Shown: one piece after another, positions 55,228-63,118 of the stretch
How positions within the stretch are numbered: position 1 is the first letter of the stretch
How the letters are laid out: the number at the start of each line of letters is the position of its first letter
From: an uncultured Rhodospirillaceae bacterium
GTDB lineage: Bacteria > Pseudomonadota > Alphaproteobacteria > GCA-2731375
DNA: 64,000 nt
Direction of reading: 5' to 3'
NCBI GenBank assembly: GCA_964344935.1
Contig: CAYFPL010000001.1
Coordinates: 1,391,533 to 1,455,532, forward strand
Made by a program: the position numbers and the translations under genes
Notes under the pieces: model-generated
Told to the model about the DNA's origin: nothing
The model's input: only the letters and a program-made list of their open reading frames with translations
Databases searched by the model: none

Positions 55228-56762
55228 TGTGCCGCCTCCGCCGCCAATTGCGCCCGCAACTCGGTCTTCAGCACCTTGCCGTAATTGTTTTTCGGCAGGG
55301 CAGCGACGAAGCGGTAATCCTTGGGCCGTTTGAAGCGGGCGATATGCTCGAGACACAAGCCATCCAATTCACCTGGCTCCACTTCCTGCGCCGGGGCCCG
55401 GACCACGAAGGCGACCACTTCCTCGCCCCAGTCGTCGTGATGCCGGCCGACCACGGAACATTCGGCCACGCCCGGATGGCGCAGCAGCACCTCTTCCACC
55501 TCCCTGGGATAGATATTGCTGCCGCCAGAGATGATCATGTCCTTGGCCCGGTCCATAAGGGTCAGGAAACCGTACTCGTCGAATGCGCCCACATCGCCGG
55601 TATGCAGCCAGCCGCCGCGCAAGGCCTCCGCGGTGGCGTCCGGGTTGTTCCAATAGCCCGCCATGATCACGTCGCCCCGGCAGAGCACTTCGCCCATCTC
55701 GCCCACGGGAAGATCATTGTCATCCGCGTCTACCACCCGCACGTCCACATCCGTCCGCGCGATCCCCACGGAACCCAGGCGTTTGAGATATTCAGGGTGT
55801 TCGGTATCCATATGCATGGCCCGGGACAGGCCGGTGATGGTCATGGGGCTTTCCCCCTGGCCGAACAGTTGCACCAGCTTTGGGCCCAAGAATTCCAGCG
55901 CCTTCAGGGTATCCTCCACATACATCGGGCCGCCGCCATAGACGATGGTCTTGATGTTGGTGGTATCCCGCTCTTCGATACCTGGCAGATTGATCAGCCG
56001 GGTCAACATGGTGGGCGCGAAGAAGAAGCTGGCGCCGGGAAAATGCGACAGCAGGTCCAGGGTTTCCTCCGGGTCGAAACCACCCGAAAGAGGAATGATG
56101 TTGTTCGCCGCCTTCGCCAAATGCGGCAGCGCGAACAGGCCAGAACCGTGGCTCAGGGGTGCGCCGTGGATCATGCAGTCCTCGGGCGCGATCGTGTCCA
56201 TATCGGCAAAGTAGTTCATCACCATGGCCATCAGGTTGCGCTGGGTCAGCATGGCACCCTTTGGCCGGCCCGTGGTGCCGGAGGTATAGAACAGCCAGGC
56301 AAGGTCGTCCGGCGCGCCGTCGGTCATGGCGCCGGGTTGAACATCGAAAAGTGCGTCATAGTCAGTGCCGGAGGTCACGACAACCGCCTCCAGGTTGTCG
56401 ATCTCGTCTCGCAGGGCCGCAATGGTCCCTGCCAGATCGTCGGTTATGAAACACACCCGGGCGCCGCAATTCTCCAGAATATAGGCGGCCTCACGGGGGT
56501 GCAGTTTGGCATTGATGGGGACCGCCGCCAGGCCGGCATGCCAGGCGCCGTAAAGGACCTCGAAGAACGCCGGCGCGTTCTTCATCATGATGGCGACCCG
56601 GTCGCCTGTCTCCAGGTCAAATTGCTGCCGCAAAGCCGTGCCCAGGCGGGCGGCACGCTCGGAAAGTTGTCGATAGGTGTGGAGACAGACGGTACCTTCG
56701 GTGACCGCCGGACGATCACCAAAACTCAATGCCGCCTTGTGCAAAAGCGATGCTTGGTTCAT
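55224..56762 (-). CDS. AMP-binding acyl-CoA synthetase
   Basis: 512 aa. FYTSGTTGRPKGAM, GYWNNP, LHTGDVG, and the C-terminal lysine motif region PKNNYGKVLK. Confidence 0.9.
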   Translation of the reverse strand: MNQASLLHKAALSFGDRPAVTEGTVCLHTYRQLSERAARLGTALRQQFDLETGDRVAIMMKNAPAFFEVLYGAWHAGLAAVPINAKLHPREAAYILENCGARVCFITDDLAGTIAALRDEIDNLEAVVVTSGTDYDALFDVQPGAMTDGAPDDLAWLFYTSGTTGRPKGAMLTQRNLMAMVMNYFADMDTIAPEDCMIHGAPLSHGSGLFALPHLAKAANNIIPLSGGFDPEETLDLLSHFPGASFFFAPTMLTRLINLPGIEERDTTNIKTIVYGGGPMYVEDTLKALEFLGPKLVQLFGQGESPMTITGLSRAMHMDTEHPEYLKRLGSVGIARTDVDVRVVDADDNDLPVGEMGEVLCRGDVIMAGYWNNPDATAEALRGGWLHTGDVGAFDEYGFLTLMDRAKDMIISGGSNIYPREVEEVLLRHPGVAECSVVGRHHDDWGEEVVAFVVRAPAQEVEPGELDGLCLEHIARFKRPKDYRFVAALPKNNYGKVLKTELRAQLAAEAAQ

Positions 56763-56854
56763 GGGCCAAGCGACCTCCCCTCTTGTCGTACAGAGAAGTC
56801 TTTATGGCCCATTCCGAAGGGCCGCGCCAGCCGCGGCCCCGGGGTGGTGAATGT

Positions 56855-57025
56855 CTAGCCCTTGCTTTCGGGCTTGGTGACCGGTGTTTCGGCTGTCGTG
56901 GCTTCACCCGATGACGTGGTCGAAGCCGTCGTCGTGGCATGCTTGCCGCCGAAGCAGCCGCCGCCGGCAAGCGCGCCGGAGGAGAACAAAATGCCGCAAA
57001 CCGCCAAAATCAAAACCTTGCGCAT
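56855..57025 (-). CDS. small secreted Thr/Ser-rich peptide (hypothetical)
   Basis: An internal ATG of track ORF 56855..57118 gives 56 aa: MRKVLILAVCGILFSSGALAGGGCFGGKHATTTASTTSSGEATTAETPVTKPESKG. Clear signal peptide, GGGGA-type SD upstream, low-complexity mature part. Confidence 0.5.
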   Translation of the reverse strand: MRKVLILAVCGILFSSGALAGGGCFGGKHATTTASTTSSGEATTAETPVTKPESKG

Positions 57026-57089
57026 ATGGGAATCCCCAATTTTCTCTGCATTCACGAAAACGCTAACGAAACAAAGAGGCGCGATCAAT

Positions 57090-57617
57090 TCACGCTTCCG
57101 AGAGGAATATCCGATCATAGGCCGCCTTATAGGCCCCTGTCACCTCTTCACCGAAACAGCAAAACACGATACGCCGCAGACGACCTTGGGCCGAGGCATA
57201 GGCCTTCGCCTCAGAAACGGCAATCGCCGTCGCCTGTTCCAAGGGGTAGCCGAAGATTCCGGTGGAAATGGCCGGAAACGCGATGGATTGCAAATTGGCC
57301 TGATCCGCCAATCGATAGCAATGGCGATAGCAGCCGGCCAATAGCGCCGCCTCGCCCGCACCGCCGCCATGCCAGATGGGGCCCACCGCGTGAATGACAT
57401 GGCGGGCCGGCAGGCCATGCCCGGACGTAATGCGAGCCTCGCCTGTTGGGCAGCCACCAATTTTGGCGCATTCGTCCGCCAAACCGGGGCCGGCCGCGGC
57501 GTGGATGGCGCCACAAACGCCGCCACCGCGAAGCAATTGCTCGTTAGCGGCATTAACGATGGCGTCCACATCCAAGGCCGTAATATCCCTATCAATGATT
57601 TCGATGGCTATGCTCAT
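57090..57617 (-). CDS. macro-domain protein (YmdB/MacroD-type O-acetyl-ADP-ribose deacetylase-like)
   Basis: Start at ATG 57617 (MSIAIEIIDRDITALDVDAIVNAANEQLLRGGGVCGAIHAAAG). Later FPAISTGIFGYP. 175 aa. Start overlaps the ampG stop (ATGA). Confidence 0.88.
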   Translation of the reverse strand: MSIAIEIIDRDITALDVDAIVNAANEQLLRGGGVCGAIHAAAGPGLADECAKIGGCPTGEARITSGHGLPARHVIHAVGPIWHGGGAGEAALLAGCYRHCYRLADQANLQSIAFPAISTGIFGYPLEQATAIAVSEAKAYASAQGRLRRIVFCCFGEEVTGAYKAAYDRIFLSEA

Positions 57618-58951
57618 GGCACAGCTTCCTCCCGTTGCGATCGGGGAACGATGCGCCGCCGCATCAGCCACCATAGCAAAAACAGCCCCGGCAGAGCGGC
57701 AACGGTGGTGATGAGGAAGAATGTCACCCAGCTTGTTCCTTCCGCCAGAAAACCGGCGGGAGATGAGAGAAATGTGCGCGCCACCGCCATCAGGGAGGAA
57801 AGCAGGGCATATTGCGTTGCCGTGTAGGCGATGTTGCAAAGCGCCGAGAGGTAGGCGACGAAGGCTGCCGTACCCATGCCGCCTGCCACGTTCTCAACCC
57901 CGATGGTCACCGCCAGCATGGTAATGTCATGTCCCACCATGGCCTGAATGGCGAACATCAGGTTGGAGAACATCTGCAACAGGCCGCACCATAACAGGCT
58001 CTCCATAATGCCGCGGCGTGCCACCAGCAGGCCGCCGATAAAACCTCCCGCCAGGGTGGCGGCCAGGCCAAAGATTTTTGACACGGACGCGATTTCGGAC
58101 TTGGAGAAACCGATCTCCACATAAAACGGGTTAGCCATGACGCCGGCCAGGCTGTCGCCAAACTTGTAAAAGACCACGAAGGCCAGGATCAGCATCGCCG
58201 GCTGCCAGCCACCGCGGGCGATGAATTCGGCGAAGGGTTCGAACACCGCCTCGCGTATGACAGAAATTGCATTGCGGCGCTCTGGCGTTGTACCGATCGA
58301 GACCGCCCGCCCCGGCTCCGGGTTCAGCAGGATGGTCAGTATCCCCACACCCATGAGCCCGGCCATGGCCACATAGACCCAAAACCAACTCACCGCCTCG
58401 GCGAGATAGAGAGCGCCGGCGCCTGAGGCCAACATGCCGATGCGATAACCCGCCACGATCATGGCTGAGCCAGCGCCGTACTGCCGCTCTTCGAGGATTT
58501 CCACCCGGTAGGCATCGATCACAACGTCCTGGCTGGCGGAGGCGAAGGCGACAAAGACGGCCCAGCCGGCCATGGCCCAGGTCTCCGTTACCGGGTCATT
58601 GCTGCCCAGGCCCACGATGCCGACGATCAGGGCCAGCTGGCTGACAATGACCCAGGCACGGCGCCGGCCCAACCAACGGGTCAGGAATGGCAGGGGCATG
58701 TGGTCCATGAAAGGGGCCCAAAGGAACTTCAGGGAGTAGGGCGTGGCCAACAGAGCGAACAACCCGATGGAGCCTTTTGAAATCCCCTCCTCCGCCAGCC
58801 AGATGGATAGGGTGGAGAAGGTCAGGAGAAGGGGCAGGCCCGAGGAAAAGCCTAGGAACAGAATGGCCAAAACCCGGCGATCGCCATAGACCTTGAGCGC
58901 CGACAGCCAGCCGTCCCGCCTCTGGACGGCGCCCGGCACGGATTTGTTCAT
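57614..58951 (-). CDS. ampG: AmpG-family muropeptide MFS permease
   Basis: 445 aa, polytopic. N-terminal RVLAILFLGFSSGLPLLLTFSTLSIWLAEEG and PYSLKFLWAPFMD are characteristic of AmpG. Confidence 0.9.
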   Translation of the reverse strand: MNKSVPGAVQRRDGWLSALKVYGDRRVLAILFLGFSSGLPLLLTFSTLSIWLAEEGISKGSIGLFALLATPYSLKFLWAPFMDHMPLPFLTRWLGRRRAWVIVSQLALIVGIVGLGSNDPVTETWAMAGWAVFVAFASASQDVVIDAYRVEILEERQYGAGSAMIVAGYRIGMLASGAGALYLAEAVSWFWVYVAMAGLMGVGILTILLNPEPGRAVSIGTTPERRNAISVIREAVFEPFAEFIARGGWQPAMLILAFVVFYKFGDSLAGVMANPFYVEIGFSKSEIASVSKIFGLAATLAGGFIGGLLVARRGIMESLLWCGLLQMFSNLMFAIQAMVGHDITMLAVTIGVENVAGGMGTAAFVAYLSALCNIAYTATQYALLSSLMAVARTFLSSPAGFLAEGTSWVTFFLITTVAALPGLFLLWWLMRRRIVPRSQREEAVP

Positions 58952-58973
58952 GGATAGAATACCATCCGTGATT

Positions 58974-61268
58974 TCACGGCGTATTGCTCGCGGACGTTTG
59001 AATGTTGGTCCATTGCGCGATCAGGCGCTGCAATTCCTTTTCCTCAACCGGCTTGGCGATGTAGTCATTCATGCCTGCGGCGGCACAGCGCTGGCGATCC
59101 TCGTCCATCGCCGAGGCGGTCATGGCGATAATGGGGATGGCCGATTTGCCGGTTTCGAGCGCGCGGATTTCCCGAGTCGCCTGCAGTCCGTCGACCACTG
59201 GCATGTTGACATCCATCAAGACCAGGGAGAAATCACCCCGTTGCACGGCCTCCACGGCCTCGCGTCCATTTTCTACGCATTCCGTATCCAGACCCAATCG
59301 ATGCAACAAGGTCTCGGCCAACATCTGATTGATGCGGTTGTCTTCGGCCAACAACACACAGGCCGGCGCCTTCGCATCACCATCGCCGACGGCGGTATTC
59401 TCTGAAGGCATCCTGGGGTCGAGCCATTCCTGCTGGTCTTCGGCACTGGCGGTCAGAACCCGCACCAGTGTGCGGCGGCGGATCGGCCGCACCAGATAAT
59501 AGCCGTAGCCACTTTCGCGATAAGGCTCCAGGATGGTGTGCTGATCCACCTGCAGAAGGAGGACCAGACGGCAGTCCTTTCCGGCTGGGCTGTCTCCTAT
59601 GGTACTGCCCAAACCGGTGATGGCCCCCTCGTGCAGATTGCCGTCGACAAGCAGTGCGTCGATGGTTTCCCCCCGCGCCTCCGCGGCGGCAATCGCATTG
59701 CGGGTTTCATCCGCATTGGAATAGGCTTCGACCTTCGCGCCCAAGATGCGAAGGTTGCGTGCGATTATCTGACGCGAAATTTCGTTGCCGTCGCACAGCA
59801 ACATATTGCGCCCGGCCAGGGTCTCCGCGCTGATGGTATCCCCGGCGTCCTCTGTTTCGGGATCGGACAACATTCCCTGATCGACCATGAACCAGAAGGT
59901 GCTGCCCTCGTTGACGACGCTATCCACGCCGATCTGGCCCTTCATGGCCTCGACAATCCGGCGTGAGATGGCTAGGCCTAGCCCGGTTCCGCCATAGCGC
60001 CGGGTGCTGCCCGTATCGGCCTGGGAAAACTCCTCGAACATGGCTTCTTGAACATCTTCCGCGATGCCGATGCCGGTGTCCTTGACCTCGAACAAGAGGA
60101 CGGCGGCGGTTTCGCTTTTCGAGGTGACGGAGACCGATATCATGACGCCGCCGGCGTCGGTGAACTTGATGGCATTGCCGCCAAGATTCAGAATTACCTG
60201 GCGCAGGCGGCCGGCATCGCCGTGCAGGAATTCGGGCACATCCACGTCGAATGTGACACCGATGGCCACGTCCTTTTCCACCGCGCGGGCGGCCAGCAGC
60301 TCGCAGGCCTGTTCCACGGTCTCGATCAGGTTGAAGGGATGATCTTCGAGGGCCAGTTTTCCAGCTTCGACCTTGGAATAGTCCAGCAGATCATTGATGA
60401 TGGCCATTAAGGCCTCGCCGGAACGCGAAACCGCATCGGCATAACCATGCTGTTGGTCCGTCAGCTCGGTCTCCCGCAACAACTTGTTCATGCCCAGAAT
60501 GCCGTTCATGGGCGTGCGTATTTCGTGGCTGACCATGGCCAGGAAACTGGACTTTGCCTTGTTGGCGGCTTCCGCCTCGTCCCGTGCGATCTTCAACTGC
60601 TCCTCGGCCGCCCGGCGGTCGGTGACGTCGCGACCGATGGATTGGATCTCCCGCACGTCTCCTTTATCGTCGTGGATCGCGTAGTCGACCCAGGCAATCC
60701 AGCGCCAGCCATCCTGGGTCAGAACCCGCTGATCATAACGGATGCGGTAGGGCGGCATGGTTAAGCCGTCGCGTAGGGATTCGAATATACCCCGGTCCTC
60801 GGGGTGGATATTGGGATAGAACCGCCCTCCCTGCGCCTCTTGCGGATCAAGGGCGAAATGCTCACAGAAGGTATTGTTGACGAAAGTCAGGCGGCCATCG
60901 GTGTCGCGGCGGACGATCAGGGCATCCTGGTTCTCCACCAACTCCCGGTAGCGCTCCTCTGATTGACGCAGGTCCGCATTGGCATCGTTCAACGCCTCGA
61001 TGGCGTTGGACAGCCGATCGGCCATTTCGGAAACCCGTTCGGTTTGAAAATTCAGTCGGGTGAACCGGCGCTGCATTTCGTAATACAAAAGGCCGGAAAC
61101 AGCGGAAATGGTAAGGGCGGCAGCGGCCAGAGTTTTCGGCCCGATATCGTTTCGTGCCTCGCCCATGAAGATGTCGATGTTGAACAGCAGAACAACGACG
61201 ACGACGCCGAGACAGATCAACAGCGGCCCGAAGAAACGGTTCCTTCCCAGAATTCGCAATATCTCCAT
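58974..61268 (-). CDS. hybrid sensor histidine kinase (TM-PAS-HisKA-HATPase-pseudoREC-REC)
   Basis: 764 aa. H-box FLAMVSHEIRTPMNG, N/G boxes. First receiver has RP in place of the conserved KP (YLVRPI). Second receiver is canonical (LLAEDN, LVLMDVNMP, IIAMTA, YIAKP). Confidence 0.92.
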   Translation of the reverse strand: MEILRILGRNRFFGPLLICLGVVVVVLLFNIDIFMGEARNDIGPKTLAAAALTISAVSGLLYYEMQRRFTRLNFQTERVSEMADRLSNAIEALNDANADLRQSEERYRELVENQDALIVRRDTDGRLTFVNNTFCEHFALDPQEAQGGRFYPNIHPEDRGIFESLRDGLTMPPYRIRYDQRVLTQDGWRWIAWVDYAIHDDKGDVREIQSIGRDVTDRRAAEEQLKIARDEAEAANKAKSSFLAMVSHEIRTPMNGILGMNKLLRETELTDQQHGYADAVSRSGEALMAIINDLLDYSKVEAGKLALEDHPFNLIETVEQACELLAARAVEKDVAIGVTFDVDVPEFLHGDAGRLRQVILNLGGNAIKFTDAGGVMISVSVTSKSETAAVLLFEVKDTGIGIAEDVQEAMFEEFSQADTGSTRRYGGTGLGLAISRRIVEAMKGQIGVDSVVNEGSTFWFMVDQGMLSDPETEDAGDTISAETLAGRNMLLCDGNEISRQIIARNLRILGAKVEAYSNADETRNAIAAAEARGETIDALLVDGNLHEGAITGLGSTIGDSPAGKDCRLVLLLQVDQHTILEPYRESGYGYYLVRPIRRRTLVRVLTASAEDQQEWLDPRMPSENTAVGDGDAKAPACVLLAEDNRINQMLAETLLHRLGLDTECVENGREAVEAVQRGDFSLVLMDVNMPVVDGLQATREIRALETGKSAIPIIAMTASAMDEDRQRCAAAGMNDYIAKPVEEKELQRLIAQWTNIQTSASNTP

Positions 61269-61458
61269 TGCGCCCCGCCGATCCTAAAATTCGCAGTCTT
61301 CCGTCTATCACGGCTGCCCCTCCCGGAAGACGGGGCTCGACTGGCTATAATCATGCCATCTCAAGCCAGGTACGGCAACGCAACGGGCGGCGTGGCGCCG
61401 CCGAGCGGCGATTGGATCATGGCGGAATGGGGTTAAGCATTCCTTTCAACCCCTGCGA

Positions 61459-62979
61459 TCAGGCCACCGCCCGCAAGCGACGATAGCTGAGGGCTTCGGC
61501 AACGTGCACCCGCTGAACCTGCTCCCGCGCCTCCAGGTCCGCCAGGGTGCGGGCGACGCGCAGGACCCGATGGTAACCGCGGGCGGACAGATGCATGCGA
61601 TCGCTGGCCTGGCGCAACAGGGCCCGACCGTCGTCGTCCGGTGTGGCCACCGCTTCCAGCAGTTTGCCATCCGCCTGAGCGTTCAGGCGTATGGGCGTCT
61701 CGCCGCCGGCGTCTTCGTAACGGGCGCGTTGGCAGGCGCGGGCGTTTTCGATGCGCGCGGCCACATCCACAGACGACTCCGCTGCCGGGGGCAGGTCCAA
61801 ATCGGCGGGCGATACGTTGGGCACCTGGATGTGCATATCGATCCGGTCCAGAAGCGGGCCGGAAAGTTTGCGTTGGTAGTCTTCCGCGCATCGGGGCGCC
61901 CGGCTGCAGGCCAACTCCCCATCGCCCAAGTGGCCGCAGCGGCAGGGGTTCATCGCCGCGATGAACTGGAAACGGGCGGGATAGGTAATGTGAGCATTGG
62001 CGCGGGCCACCACGGCGCGACCGGATTCGATGGGCTGGCGCAGGGATTCGAGCACCTGCCGGCTGCATTCGGGCAATTCGTCCAGGAACAGCACACCGCC
62101 GTGAGCCAGACTGACTTCGCCCGGCCGAGCCCGGGTGCCGCCGCCGATCATCGCCGCCATGGAGGATGAATGGTGGGGGTTGCGAAATGGGCGACGACGG
62201 CGCAATCGGCCATCCCCCAATTGCCCGGCGATAGAAGCGATCATCGAGACTTCCAAGGCCTCGGCCGCATCCAGCGGCGGCAGGATGCCCGGCAAACGCT
62301 CCGCCAGCATGGACTTGCCGGCACCGGGCGGGCCGATCAATAACAGGTTGTGGCCGCCCGCAGCGGCCACTTCCAAGGCCCGCTTGGCACTTTCCTGGCC
62401 CTTGATGTCGGCGAGGTCCATGTGCGCGTCCATTTCGTCCGCCAGTTCCGGCACCGGCTGGGGCAGCACCTGGCTGCCCTTGAAATGGTTGATCAGCGCC
62501 AAAAGGTTGCCCGGTGCCAACACCCGCAGATCGCCGGCCCAGGCGCCTTCGCCGCCCTGCTCGCCGGGACAGATCAATCCCCGGCCTTGAGCCTTGGCGG
62601 CCATCGCCGCCGGCAGGACCCCGGCAATGGGCGTCAAGGCGCCGTCCAGGGACAGTTCGCCCACGGCGTTAAACTCCGAAAGTTCATCCGTGGGCAGCAC
62701 ATCCATGGCCAGGAGCAGTCCAATGGCGATGGGCAGATCGTAATGGCTGCCTTCCTTGGGCAGATCGGCCGGGGCAAGATTGACGGTGATGCGTTTGGGC
62801 GGCAAGGCCAAGCCGATGGCGCCGAGGGCGCCGCGCACCCTTTCGCGGCTTTCCGCCACGGCCTTGTCGGGCAGGCCGACCACAGTGAAGGCGGGCAGTC
62901 CGGAGGCCAGTTGCACCTGCACATCCACCGGTAGGGCCTCGATACCCTGAAACGCCACGGTCCCTACATGGGCCACCAT
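61459..62979 (-). CDS. comM: YifB/ComM-family Mg-chelatase-like AAA+ ATPase
   Basis: Start at ATG 62979 (MVAHVGTVAFQGIEALPVDVQV). Walker A LLIGPPGAGKSMLA, Walker B VLFLDELPE, and a Cys cluster (NPCRCGHLGDGELACSRAPRC). 506 aa. Confidence 0.92.
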   Translation of the reverse strand: MVAHVGTVAFQGIEALPVDVQVQLASGLPAFTVVGLPDKAVAESRERVRGALGAIGLALPPKRITVNLAPADLPKEGSHYDLPIAIGLLLAMDVLPTDELSEFNAVGELSLDGALTPIAGVLPAAMAAKAQGRGLICPGEQGGEGAWAGDLRVLAPGNLLALINHFKGSQVLPQPVPELADEMDAHMDLADIKGQESAKRALEVAAAGGHNLLLIGPPGAGKSMLAERLPGILPPLDAAEALEVSMIASIAGQLGDGRLRRRRPFRNPHHSSSMAAMIGGGTRARPGEVSLAHGGVLFLDELPECSRQVLESLRQPIESGRAVVARANAHITYPARFQFIAAMNPCRCGHLGDGELACSRAPRCAEDYQRKLSGPLLDRIDMHIQVPNVSPADLDLPPAAESSVDVAARIENARACQRARYEDAGGETPIRLNAQADGKLLEAVATPDDDGRALLRQASDRMHLSARGYHRVLRVARTLADLEAREQVQRVHVAEALSYRRLRAVA

Positions 62980-63118
62980 GCCTTGAACCTCACCTCGCGC
63001 ATTGAGCCACTGATAACAGAAGTTGCGGGAAACTATGACAGAACCCGCCTTAATCGTCGAGCGAAAAGAACAAAATGGAAACAAATTTGAGTTTGACGAG
63101 CGAATCGTCGATAGAGGT

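Noticed and set aside
55227-56858. Very long ORFs lying antisense to well-supported genes. Examples: 55227..56858 (543 aa, opposite the acyl-CoA synthetase), 20477..21886 (469 aa, opposite DUF1116), 46361..47575 (404 aa), 27563..28666 (367 aa), 16952..18034 (360 aa), 10467..11582 (371 aa), 13429..14532 (367 aa).
   Set aside because: Their translations are Arg/Gly/His/Pro/Ala-rich and low in complexity, with no recognisable motifs. The opposite strand carries unmistakable family signatures in each case. Long stop-free antisense frames are expected in GC-rich DNA. There is no evidence here for overlapping genes.
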